Below are positions 46,087-55,015 of a stretch of 64,000 nucleotides of DNA, piece after piece. The number at the start of each line of letters is the position of its first letter. Position 1 is the stretch's first letter. The position numbers and the translations under genes were made by a program. The notes under the pieces are model-generated. The model was given only the letters and a program-made list of their open reading frames with translations. It ran no database searches and was not told where the DNA came from. Source of the DNA: Thermoanaerobaculia bacterium (GTDB taxonomy: Bacteria > Acidobacteriota > Thermoanaerobaculia > Multivoradales > DATKCC01); contig JANRLG010000160.1 in NCBI GenBank assembly GCA_033762835.1, positions 224 through 64,223 on the forward strand. The letters are read 5' to 3'.

Positions 46087-47229
46087 CTAGAAGCTCCAGC
46101 GCAGGCGCAGTTGGTAGATCCGCCGGTCCAGGCGTCCCGGGCCGTCGAAAGCGAGCACCACCGCCGTCCACTGGAAGTCGGGCAGCGGGTGGGCTTCGAG
46201 CCGCAGCTGGAGGGTGCGGGTGTCCGACGCGGCGTCGTAGAACAGGTTCGCCGCGAGCGTGCCGTCGAGTTCGAAGAGCCGCTTCGAAACCCCGAGGAAG
46301 GTGCGGTCTCGGCCGCGGCCCAACGGGTCGAACAGGTCGGCGTTTTCGGCCAGGTTCGCCCGCAAGCGGCGGCTGTCGGCGGCCGAGTCGCCCTCGGCGT
46401 CGTGGTAGTGCTCGAGGACCACGAGCACGTCCGCGGGCAAAGTGACGTTGCCGCCCAGCACCCAGCTCAGGTAGGAGCCGGCGCCGCGCTCCCGGCGCCC
46501 GCCGTCCATCGCGACGAATTCCCGCGGACTGCGCCGCCGGTAGAGCGCCTCGCCGACCCAGGCGACCGGGCCGAGCACTCCGGTGGCTTCGAGGCCGAAA
46601 CGGTGGTCGGCGCCTTCGCCGAGCACCGTCGACAGGGCGAGGCCGACGTCTCCTGCCGACGAGGCCCCGCGCAGCGCCCACAGGGCCGCGCGCTCGCCGG
46701 TTCGTTCCGGCAGGTGGATCGCCGCCAGGTTCCCGCGGTCGCCGTAGAGGCGAACCTCGGCGAGCTCTTCCCCTTCGAGCGCGGTGTCCGAGAACAGCAG
46801 GTCCTTCTGCTGTTCGATCGTGCGCACCGGGTTCCACACCGTGGCCGCGCCCCAGCCGATGCCGGCCTTGCCGGCGCGCAGGAAGAGCTTGCGGTCGGCC
46901 CGGGTCCAGCCGGCCCAACCTTGGTACACCCGGCCGCTGCTGCCGCCTTCCTCGAAGGCCGCGGAACCGAACAACTCGGCGAAGAGCCGCCAGCCGCCGT
47001 TCTGGTAGTCGAGGGCGAGGTCCGCCCGGGCCAGGGCGCGGTGGGCATCCACCCCGGGGCCGAGCCTCTCGGCGACCGGCGAGTCGGCCAAATCCCGACC
47101 CTCGGCGAAGAGCTCGACATAGCCGCGCGTCGAGAGCTCCGCGGGAGCGCGCTCGATTCCACCCGCCGGGGCGGCCGGGGCCATCGCGGCACTCCAATGC
47201 AGCAGGCTGGTGACCAGGAGCAGCATCAT
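46087..47229 (-). CDS. hypothetical secreted/outer-membrane protein (possible beta-barrel, C-terminal Phe)
   Basis: The start MMLLLVTSLLHWSAAMA is a signal peptide. Its ATG overlaps the upstream stop as ATGA. The protein ends ...YQLRLRWSF, an aromatic C-terminus typical of outer-membrane barrels. Confidence 0.5.
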   Translation of the reverse strand: MMLLLVTSLLHWSAAMAPAAPAGGIERAPAELSTRGYVELFAEGRDLADSPVAERLGPGVDAHRALARADLALDYQNGGWRLFAELFGSAAFEEGGSSGRVYQGWAGWTRADRKLFLRAGKAGIGWGAATVWNPVRTIEQQKDLLFSDTALEGEELAEVRLYGDRGNLAAIHLPERTGERAALWALRGASSAGDVGLALSTVLGEGADHRFGLEATGVLGPVAWVGEALYRRRSPREFVAMDGGRRERGAGSYLSWVLGGNVTLPADVLVVLEHYHDAEGDSAADSRRLRANLAENADLFDPLGRGRDRTFLGVSKRLFELDGTLAANLFYDAASDTRTLQLRLEAHPLPDFQWTAVVLAFDGPGRLDRRIYQLRLRWSF

Positions 47230-48035
47230 CGTTGATCCAGGCTGTCGCCCTGGAACAGCGACAGGGGCAAGTTGCGACCGGTCAGCAGCTCGGAGACCAA
47301 GAGCACCGTGCGCTCCTTGCGACCGACGTCCGGGGTCACGGTGACGCGGGCGAGGTAGCGAACGCCGGTCGCCGTGCTCTTGGGCTCGGCGTACTCGAGG
47401 GTCTTGATGCGTTTGCCCGAGCGGGTGAAGAACTCTTGGCGCAGGGGCGCGGCATCGTCCTCGGCGAGCCACAGGAGCACCCGCGGGTAGGCCGCCTGGG
47501 AGCCCTTGCCGGTCAACTCGAGGCGAAGAGCGGCGCGGCCGGCCAAGGTTTCGCGGCCGAGCACGACGGCCGTGTAGTCCTCGGTCAAGTCGGTGCGCAG
47601 TAGGTCGGCGTTCGAAAAACCCGAGCCCAGGAAGCTCTGGCGCGCCGACAACACGATCGGGCGGCCGAGATCCGGCAGATACATCCACATCTTGTCGCCG
47701 ACGCGCAGGATCTTGCGGTCACGCTCCCGGGCGGGCTCCAGGAACTCGATGCGCAGGCGCGAGCTGTCCTTCTTGAGCAGCCGCATGCCGTACCGTCGGG
47801 CCGGCGTGGTCCCGGTCTCGACGTCCATGGTCATGCGGGTTTCCGAGTCGGGAAAATTCAGCCAGGCGGTGGCGCGGGCGAGCAGCGCCGCGGCGTCCGG
47901 CGTGACCACCGGCGCGGCACCGTCGCTCGCCCCGGCCTGGGTAGCGGCCGGCCCTGTGCCGGCCGTGGCCGGAGGAGTGCCCAGGCTGCCGACCACGACG
48001 AGCAGGGCGACGAAGAGGCGACGGTCGATCACCAT
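47226..48035 (-). CDS. LolA-like outer-membrane lipoprotein-sorting/carrier protein
   Basis: A signal peptide, MVIDRRLFVALLVVVGSLG. It is ~270 aa. It sits between the FtsX permeases and the outer-membrane-barrel-like gene, as in LolA-like genes of polyene/lipid export clusters. The GGGAGG Shine-Dalgarno motif was verified. Confidence 0.5.
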   Translation of the reverse strand: MVIDRRLFVALLVVVGSLGTPPATAGTGPAATQAGASDGAAPVVTPDAAALLARATAWLNFPDSETRMTMDVETGTTPARRYGMRLLKKDSSRLRIEFLEPARERDRKILRVGDKMWMYLPDLGRPIVLSARQSFLGSGFSNADLLRTDLTEDYTAVVLGRETLAGRAALRLELTGKGSQAAYPRVLLWLAEDDAAPLRQEFFTRSGKRIKTLEYAEPKSTATGVRYLARVTVTPDVGRKERTVLLVSELLTGRNLPLSLFQGDSLDQR

Positions 48036-49246
48036 GGCGTTCCTCCCGGATCCTGGGCTTTGGCGCGCACGGCGTTCCAAGCCGGGCCGAGGGCCCCGGC
48101 GAGACTCGTGCCGATGCCCGCCGCGGCGATCGCGGCCACTTGGTAGGGCGCCAGCGCGGTGCTCAGCCGGCCGGTGCCGAAGGCGTTCTTGGCCAAGCCC
48201 TCGAGGGCGATGCCGGTGCTGCCGAAGCTCACGTGCACGGCGAGGGTGGCTAGGAGCGCCGCCGCCGTGGCCACGACGGCCACCAGCCCCGCCTCGGCGA
48301 GCACCAGGAGCACGATGCGCCGGGGCGGAAACCCGAGGGCGAGCAGCGTCGACAACTCGCGCCGGCGCTCGCGCACGGACAACGCCAGGAGCAAGGCCAG
48401 GCCGAGGCCGGCCACGGCGTAGAGCAAGACGGCGAAGCTCGCGAAGGTCCAGCGCAGCGCGGTCACGATGCCGAGCAGGAAACCGGCACCGGCCTGAAAG
48501 TCCGTCACCGTCACCGGCAGCCCGGCGAGGCGCCGGTTCACCTCCGCGGCGAGAGCCGGCGCCGCCGCGAGGTCGGCGACGTCGAGCAAGGTGCGGTTGG
48601 CGAACTCCGCCCCGAACAGCTCCGTGGCCGGAGCGCGAGTCAAGTAAGCGTTGTAGTCGATCCACGGCGCGACGTCTTCGAAGATCCCCACGAGCTCGAG
48701 GTCGAGGGCGTTGATCTCGGCGCCCCAGGTGGTCGCGAGCACGGTCACGGTGTCGCCGACCTCGAGCTGGAGCCGCCCCGCGACGGCCTGGGAGAGCACC
48801 AACCCGGCCGCGTCCGTGGTCACCAGGAAGCGCCCCGCGCGCGGCCGCAAGGTCGCCGCGAGGGCCGGCTCCGTGTCCGGCTCGAGGGCGACGAAACGCA
48901 GCTGTTGGGAGATGCCGCCGAGGCTCATGGCCACGGCGTCGAACTCCAGGCGCCGGCGCACGCCGTCGCTCGCCAGACCCTCCAGGCGCGCCCGCACCGT
49001 CTGGTCGAGGGCCGCCGCGGCCGCCGGGTCGGACGGTGCCGGCCCCGCCGGACCGCCGGGGCTCACGGCCACGGCACCGGTCTCGAGGGTCACGAGATCG
49101 CGGGTGATCGAACGGGTCAGGCCGTCGGCCACGGCCAAGGCGAGGTGCAGGCACAACCCGGCCAGGAACAGCGTCGTGCCGAGCAGCGCCGTGCGCCGCC
49201 GGTTGCGGCCGAGGTTGCGCGCCGCCAGGCGCAGCAAGCCGTTCAT
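48029..49246 (-). CDS. FtsX-family ABC permease (LolC/E/MacB-like)
   Basis: The start MNGLLRLAARNLGRNRRRTALLGTT has a GGGAGG Shine-Dalgarno motif. It has a large periplasmic domain and C-terminal transmembrane helices with the FtsX pattern. Confidence 0.8.
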   Translation of the reverse strand: MNGLLRLAARNLGRNRRRTALLGTTLFLAGLCLHLALAVADGLTRSITRDLVTLETGAVAVSPGGPAGPAPSDPAAAAALDQTVRARLEGLASDGVRRRLEFDAVAMSLGGISQQLRFVALEPDTEPALAATLRPRAGRFLVTTDAAGLVLSQAVAGRLQLEVGDTVTVLATTWGAEINALDLELVGIFEDVAPWIDYNAYLTRAPATELFGAEFANRTLLDVADLAAAPALAAEVNRRLAGLPVTVTDFQAGAGFLLGIVTALRWTFASFAVLLYAVAGLGLALLLALSVRERRRELSTLLALGFPPRRIVLLVLAEAGLVAVVATAAALLATLAVHVSFGSTGIALEGLAKNAFGTGRLSTALAPYQVAAIAAAGIGTSLAGALGPAWNAVRAKAQDPGGTPW

Positions 49247-50493
49247 GGACTTTGCCTCCCGAGCACTTCCGGGGCGTCCAGATGGGCCGCGCGCCACGCC
49301 GGACCGGCGGCCGCGAGCACCCCGAGAACGACGGAGGCGGCGAGCAGCAGGCCGACGGTTTGCAGCTCGAGCCGCGGGTAGAGCCGCGGACCGGCGAAGA
49401 CGTACAGCAGCGCCTCGGTGAAGGCGGGAATGCCGACTTTGCCGAGCCACAGGGACACGCCGCCGCCGACCAGAAGACCGGCGAGGCTCGACAGTCCGGC
49501 GAGCAGGACTCCCTCGCCCACGATCGTGCCGAGCACGTCCCGGGTGCCGAAACCCAGGGCGCGCATGACCGCGATCTCGCCCTCGCGCTCGAGCACGTAG
49601 AGGCCGAGGGTGCTCGCCACGAGTACCACGGCGAGCAGCGCCAGGATCAAGCCCATGACCAGGCGGAACAGATCGCCGATGCGCAGGATGTTCTGGAACA
49701 GCCGGCCGCTGTCGCGCCAGGTGGTCAGGCGCATTCCGGTGCCGAGCTGCGGCCCGAGGGCGGCGGTGACGGTGTCGAGCTGGTCTGGTGTCTCGAGGGT
49801 GGCGACGATCTCGTGGACGGCGTCAGGCTCGAGGCCGAGCAGGTGCCGGACCTTCTCGATCGGCACGTAGGCCAGCGAGGAGTAGAAGCGGCCGATGCCG
49901 CGGTCGTCCGTGAGGCCGACGATCTCGAGCTCCACGGCGCCGAAGGAGCCGTCCACGGTCGAGGCCAAAAAGGCGATGTCGTCGCCGAGAGCGAGCTTCT
50001 TGTCGCGCGCCAGGCTCTCGCCGATCACCACCTCGGCGGCGCCGGGAGCGACGAACCGGCCACTGGCCAGGTGCAGCCCGGTGGCCACGGTGAGCTCGCG
50101 CTCGGCCGCGACGCCGAGCAGGAAGGCGCCCCAGGTTTCGTCGCGAACCGAGCCCAGGGCTCCGGCGCGGACCCGCGGGGTCACGGCGGCGATCCCGGGT
50201 TGGGCGGCCAGCAACTCGAGGAGCCGTGCGGGCTCGGGCAGGGGCGCGAAGCCGTCGGCATCGGCCGCGGCGACGTCGCGCCCGGCGTCGCTGGCGGTGA
50301 GCTGGACGTGACCGGTGACCGTCCGGACCATAGCGTCTTCGAACGCCCGGCGTTGCCCGGCCCCTTGGGCCAGCTGAAACACCAGCGCGGCGTTGGCGAG
50401 CGCTACGATGCTCCCGACGAGCAAGGTCCGCGACCGGAACCGCCAGGCATTACGCAGGGCCAGCACGCCCAGGCGGGCCACGGTCAGAGCCAC
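49243..50493 (-). CDS. FtsX-family ABC permease (second copy)
   Basis: A GTG start, MALTVARLGVLALRNAWRFRSRTLL. It has the same topology as the downstream paralog. It is the first gene of the operon. Confidence 0.8.
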   Translation of the reverse strand: MALTVARLGVLALRNAWRFRSRTLLVGSIVALANAALVFQLAQGAGQRRAFEDAMVRTVTGHVQLTASDAGRDVAAADADGFAPLPEPARLLELLAAQPGIAAVTPRVRAGALGSVRDETWGAFLLGVAAERELTVATGLHLASGRFVAPGAAEVVIGESLARDKKLALGDDIAFLASTVDGSFGAVELEIVGLTDDRGIGRFYSSLAYVPIEKVRHLLGLEPDAVHEIVATLETPDQLDTVTAALGPQLGTGMRLTTWRDSGRLFQNILRIGDLFRLVMGLILALLAVVLVASTLGLYVLEREGEIAVMRALGFGTRDVLGTIVGEGVLLAGLSSLAGLLVGGGVSLWLGKVGIPAFTEALLYVFAGPRLYPRLELQTVGLLLAASVVLGVLAAAGPAWRAAHLDAPEVLGRQSP

Positions 50494-50886
50494 CGCTCAC
50501 CTCGCGATCCACCGGCCACGCTCCAAGTCCCGAAGGTTGAAGACACACGTCCCCCAGAGAAGAGCTCTCCGCTCTCCAAAAAACACCACCGGTAAGGTTT
50601 GGATGACGACAGAAGCCGAGCGGGCCGGCTCGGCCTGGAGGCACTACTGTACGACTCCTAGCTCCACGACCCGAGTGGCTCGGGAGCGAACTGCACGGTC
50701 ACCGACGACTTCGCAATGTAGGGTGCCTTCGGCCCAAGAAATTGGGACAACAAAGTCGTTACGACGACGTGAAGCCCCAGAAAACAAGTCGTGCTCTAGA
50801 TTTCTGCGTTGATCAATTTCGTTGAGACTTGTGATTTCCTGGCCATGGTCCAGCGCCTGCCGCCAGGGTCCTGCCGGTGCCTCCGG
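50494..50886. promoter_or_regulatory. ~390-bp lower-GC leader/promoter region of the 21-kb minus-strand cluster
   Basis: A non-coding gap upstream of the first cluster gene. It contains the 15-mer AGAAATTGGGACAAC at 50737..50751, which recurs at 54958..54972 as AGAAGTTGGGACAAC. Confidence 0.3.
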
Positions 50887-51858
50887 TCAGCGAGCGCTCG
50901 CCGCGATCAGCTCCACGAGATCCCGATTGGGTGCCGACTCTCCGGTGGCGAAAGCCGGTTCGAGCTTGAGGAGCAACTGCCGTCCCGCGGCGCGAAGCTC
51001 GGGGCTTTGACCGTAGAGCATCGCGGCCGCGGCACCGATGGCCCAGGCGCGTGGCTCGAGAGCCGAGGCCTCGGGAACCTGAGGGAGCCGGTCGTCGAGC
51101 GCGAGGCCGTTCGCGAGGGCCACGACGACCAACGCCGACTGTTCGACTCCGTGGGCGGCAGTTAGCCGTTCGCGTAGCACCGCAGCGCGCTCCGGCGAGC
51201 GGACGCTCGCGAGTGCACGAAAGGCGGCGAGGGTGACGAACGGGTTCGGTGACGTGAGCAGGCGTTCGAGGCGCGCCGCGTTCTGGGGCTCGGCCGGCTG
51301 CGCGAACACCACGGCATCCTTGAGCAGGGCGGCGCGCGCACCCGCGAGGTCTCCTTGCCACGGTTTCGGGATCAGGAAGAGCGAGGCCAACTGGTCCGCC
51401 GATTCGAGCCTTCCCGTTTCGGCTCCGGGCTTGGTCTTGACGCGGGCGACGACCGACCCGCCACCCCGAAGCGGGGAGAACGCGGCCGCGTCTTCCCCGC
51501 GCGGATAGAGATGCTCGAACGGCCAACGGTAGGTCAGGGACCGCAACGCGGTGCGTCCCGAGAGGACTTGGAGCACCTCGGCACGACCTTCGACCGTCGC
51601 TTCGGCGCCCACCTCGCCCGTCGTCGTCACCGTTCCGCTGCCGACCACGACGCCGACCAGCCGCACCCGCCCGCTCGCGGGAGCGGGCTCGATGGCGAGG
51701 ACCACCCAGGCCTCCTCGTCGCTCGTGGCGTCGAGACCCAGGAGATTCAGCGTGGCCAAGTCGTGCCCCAGCCGCGCCTCCGCAAACAAGTCGGACTCGA
51801 CGGCCGCCGAAGGCAGCGACAGCAGCGACCAGGCGAGGACGGCGGCGAGGTGGCGCAT
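50887..51858 (-). CDS. secreted hypothetical protein, helical-repeat (HEAT-like) C-terminus
   Basis: A signal peptide, MRHLAAVLAWSLLSLPSAAV. It has a TGATG overlap with the upstream gene. Confidence 0.5.
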   Translation of the reverse strand: MRHLAAVLAWSLLSLPSAAVESDLFAEARLGHDLATLNLLGLDATSDEEAWVVLAIEPAPASGRVRLVGVVVGSGTVTTTGEVGAEATVEGRAEVLQVLSGRTALRSLTYRWPFEHLYPRGEDAAAFSPLRGGGSVVARVKTKPGAETGRLESADQLASLFLIPKPWQGDLAGARAALLKDAVVFAQPAEPQNAARLERLLTSPNPFVTLAAFRALASVRSPERAAVLRERLTAAHGVEQSALVVVALANGLALDDRLPQVPEASALEPRAWAIGAAAAMLYGQSPELRAAGRQLLLKLEPAFATGESAPNRDLVELIAASAR

Positions 51859-54800
51859 CACGGTTTGGTGAACAGGACGGTGATGTTCGAGGGAAACAGT
51901 TGGTAGTTGTTCCCCGCGGCCAGTTGGTTCGCGTAGGGAGGATTGATCACGGGCGAGGTCGCGGGGGCGACTTCCGTCCCTGAGGGAACCGCCTTCTGCG
52001 GGGTCGTCCGCTGGCTGTCGACATCGAGATCCCAGGTCGTTTCCCGAAGCATGGTGACGCCCGTCGGGGTCATGTCCCACAGCGCGGCCCAGGTGCGGAA
52101 CTTGTCTTGGAAGACCACCCGGTCGACTTTCCGATAGATGAGCATCCCCGCTCGCTGGGCCGTGCCGTCGATGACGGCTTGGAACTCGAACATGTTGGTG
52201 AAGCTCGGGCTGTCCGAGGTCGTGGCCACGGGAACGGTGGGTTGGCCACACCCCCCCGGAACGACCTGCGAATTGGGATCGATCTGATCGTTCGAGCCTG
52301 GGCGGTCGAACAGCGGCGCGCTGTCTGGCACAGTGTCGTTGAACTTCCCCGGGACGGCGAGCGTGAGCATCATCCTCGTGGGGATGGTCGAACGGGTGCC
52401 CGAAGGGACCCCCGGATCGAAGACCACGGCGGGATCACTCAGGATGTAGGTCCGCGAGACTTGCTCGACGTTCTGCATCACCCCGACCCGCAGGTCTTTG
52501 ATCGGAGCCACGCTGCAATCGAGACCCGCGGGCTTGAGCGTCGCCTGCGACTCGTAGCGCACGCCGGGTGACGGGATGGGCCCAAAGGCGCCGTTCCCCT
52601 GGTTCACGATCTGAAACGACCCTACCGCCGTCACCTTGATGCTCGCGGCGTCGAATGTGAAGACCGTCGCCTGCTCGCTCCCGCACAGCGGGCCCGCCGC
52701 CGAGTTGCAGTGGGCTTCGATGACCGCGTCGTCTTTGGCCGAACTCGCACTCTCGCCCGAGAGCTCGAAGTCGACCCAGGCGCCCGACCGGGGCAACGTC
52801 AGGGTCTTCGTGGTGTTCGCCGCGTCGGGGAAACGGAGTCGCCCATCGGGGTTGGTGAGCACCGCGGTGACGTCCGCGGGCGGTCCACCGACGGCCCGGG
52901 CGCGCGCCAGGATCTTGGGTCGCCGCGCGGGGGTCGTGCTCTTCACTTGGACGACATCGTCGTTTTGCGCCGGCGTCTTCGCGACCTCGATCTCGATCCG
53001 CGGCAGCACCTGGCAGGTCGCCTCACACGGCACCGCCACCGGCTCTTCGTTGCAGCAGTACTCGTCGTTGGCGGCTTCGGCAGCGCAGTTCGAATAGACG
53101 GTTCCATAGACCGTCGACGAGAACAACGTCGAGCCCGGTCCATTGGCGCGCGCGAGCCCCGTGCTGTCGATCGTTGCGACCGAGGGCACGGTCGAGCTGA
53201 AGGAGGAGAAGGGTAACGTGTACCAGGGACGGACACTGCCGTAGCAGTCTTCCTCCGCGATGTAGATCAAGAAGCGGGTGGTGTCGCCGGGATACCCCGC
53301 TGCGAAGCTCGGGGTCATGAACGCCTCGGTCATGCTGTTCGGGCAGCAGGCGCCGCAGGCCGCGGTCATGCTCATTCCCCGCGTCGGGTCGCTTTGTTCG
53401 ATGCGCCCGATCAGAGCGTGCTGCTCCTCCCCGCGCATCGACCAGAGCGCCTTGCCCGCGGCGAGCCGGCGCGGCAAGACTCGGCCGTAGAGGTCGGGAA
53501 TCTGGCGGTCACGGAGCTCGGTCAGGTCGATCGTGCGGCTCTCGTGCGGGTCGAGGGTCGCGAGACCCAGGACGTAGGTTCCTTCCGGGTAGGTGAGCGA
53601 AAGCGTGTAGTCCCGGGGCTCAGCGGTCACGTTCTTCAGATAGATCCGCGCGTTCTGGCCCTGATCGAGGCGGAAGGGGTAGATGCCGGTGGCGTTCGCC
53701 CGTTGGGCATCGACGAGCGGAACGCGGTAGACCTGAGTGCCGTCGCCGCTCCGAGACAACGCCTTGGCGACGAGGCTACCCGGCGCGCCGTCGTGTTCGA
53801 GCTCGATTCCGGCCGTCACGAAACGGCGTTGCCCCACCGGCCGGAGCAGGGCGACGAGATCGATCTCGCGGATCTCCCGAGCGGCCAGGCGAAGGCGCGG
53901 CAACGAAATCGACCTGACGTCACCGTTCGAAGTGATCACCGGGATGCGCCCCGAAACCACCAGCGGGCGGTCGCTCAAGTTGCGAACCGCCAGCGCGGGC
54001 CAAAGGCTCGCTCCGCCGCGGCGCGCGAAACGGCCGAGGCGAAGCCCCGCGCCATGGAGTGTCGAGGACAGTGCCCGCTCGGCATCGACGAATTCCGCCG
54101 CATCCGAATACCCGAGCGTCGGTTCGGCGATCAAGGCGCGGACGAGCAGTGCGCCGGGTGCGCCCGAATGCTCCAGCGAGAGGCCACCGACCCGTGGCAG
54201 TGTCGCTTCGGGCCGCGCGAGGAAGTCCGCGTACCCCAAGACCCGCGAGGCGCGGGGCGCCAGTTCGACCTGCAGCGGCTCGGCCGAGGGGGCAATGCCG
54301 ACGAGCCGAGCGGTGACCGCGAGCGGCAGATCGCTCGTATTGGCGAGCGCCACCGACAGCTGCGCGGTCGGCGCGGGTGCCCACCAGACCCCTTCGAGTC
54401 GCGACGAAGAAAAATGGGTGGCGGTTTCGGTGAGTTCTTCGTCGAAAATGAGGCTCCGCGCCTCGTCCATGAGCGACAACACACCGCCGAGCTCCAGGTT
54501 CTTGCCCTGGAACTGCACGTCGAGGCTGCCTTCCGCCCACTCCGAGTCGGCGCTCACGACGTCGTGCAGCGCGATTTCTCGGACCTCGTGAGCCGCCAGC
54601 GGGGGCAGATCGAGGTCGAGCGCCTCACCCGCAAGGTTGAACAGCCGCGCGTGAATCGCCATCTCGTGCGGACCCTGGTTGCTGAGCATCAGCGTCGCGC
54701 GCAAGCCGCGTTTGACGCTGTAGTGGGCCGCGGACAAACTGCGGAAGATGTCGCTGTGCGGCGGTGCGGCGGTTCGCGACTTCGCGACCCGGTCGGGATA

Positions 54801-54905
54801 GAGGGGATAACGAGGATTCGCAGGCGATTCACGCTGCGCGATCGCGGGCGTGGCAGAGAGGAGAAGGCAGAGCAGTCCGCTCCCGAGCCGAATCCGGTCG
54901 ATCAT
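51858..54905 (-). CDS. large secreted hypothetical protein (1015 aa) with a Cys-rich central segment
   Basis: A signal peptide, MIDRIRLGSGLLCLLLSATPAIA. The Cys cluster is TAACGACCPNS...NCAAEAANDEYCCNEEPVAVPCEATC. Confidence 0.65.
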   Translation of the reverse strand: MIDRIRLGSGLLCLLLSATPAIAQRESPANPRYPLYPDRVAKSRTAAPPHSDIFRSLSAAHYSVKRGLRATLMLSNQGPHEMAIHARLFNLAGEALDLDLPPLAAHEVREIALHDVVSADSEWAEGSLDVQFQGKNLELGGVLSLMDEARSLIFDEELTETATHFSSSRLEGVWWAPAPTAQLSVALANTSDLPLAVTARLVGIAPSAEPLQVELAPRASRVLGYADFLARPEATLPRVGGLSLEHSGAPGALLVRALIAEPTLGYSDAAEFVDAERALSSTLHGAGLRLGRFARRGGASLWPALAVRNLSDRPLVVSGRIPVITSNGDVRSISLPRLRLAAREIREIDLVALLRPVGQRRFVTAGIELEHDGAPGSLVAKALSRSGDGTQVYRVPLVDAQRANATGIYPFRLDQGQNARIYLKNVTAEPRDYTLSLTYPEGTYVLGLATLDPHESRTIDLTELRDRQIPDLYGRVLPRRLAAGKALWSMRGEEQHALIGRIEQSDPTRGMSMTAACGACCPNSMTEAFMTPSFAAGYPGDTTRFLIYIAEEDCYGSVRPWYTLPFSSFSSTVPSVATIDSTGLARANGPGSTLFSSTVYGTVYSNCAAEAANDEYCCNEEPVAVPCEATCQVLPRIEIEVAKTPAQNDDVVQVKSTTPARRPKILARARAVGGPPADVTAVLTNPDGRLRFPDAANTTKTLTLPRSGAWVDFELSGESASSAKDDAVIEAHCNSAAGPLCGSEQATVFTFDAASIKVTAVGSFQIVNQGNGAFGPIPSPGVRYESQATLKPAGLDCSVAPIKDLRVGVMQNVEQVSRTYILSDPAVVFDPGVPSGTRSTIPTRMMLTLAVPGKFNDTVPDSAPLFDRPGSNDQIDPNSQVVPGGCGQPTVPVATTSDSPSFTNMFEFQAVIDGTAQRAGMLIYRKVDRVVFQDKFRTWAALWDMTPTGVTMLRETTWDLDVDSQRTTPQKAVPSGTEVAPATSPVINPPYANQLAAGNNYQLFPSNITVLFTKP

Positions 54906-55015
54906 GATCAGGTCCTCCCGAACGGGTCAGTGCTGACAATAGAGGTGCAAGGCCTTTAGAAGTTGGGACAACTTTGGCTCGAGGGCTCGAATACGAGCTC
55001 GTCTTCAGATTCCTC

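Noticed and set aside
50737-50751. Sigma-54 promoter interpretation of TTGGGACAAC
   Set aside because: It does not fit the TGGCAC-N5-TTGC(A/T) spacing or consensus. It is kept only as an unexplained shared motif.
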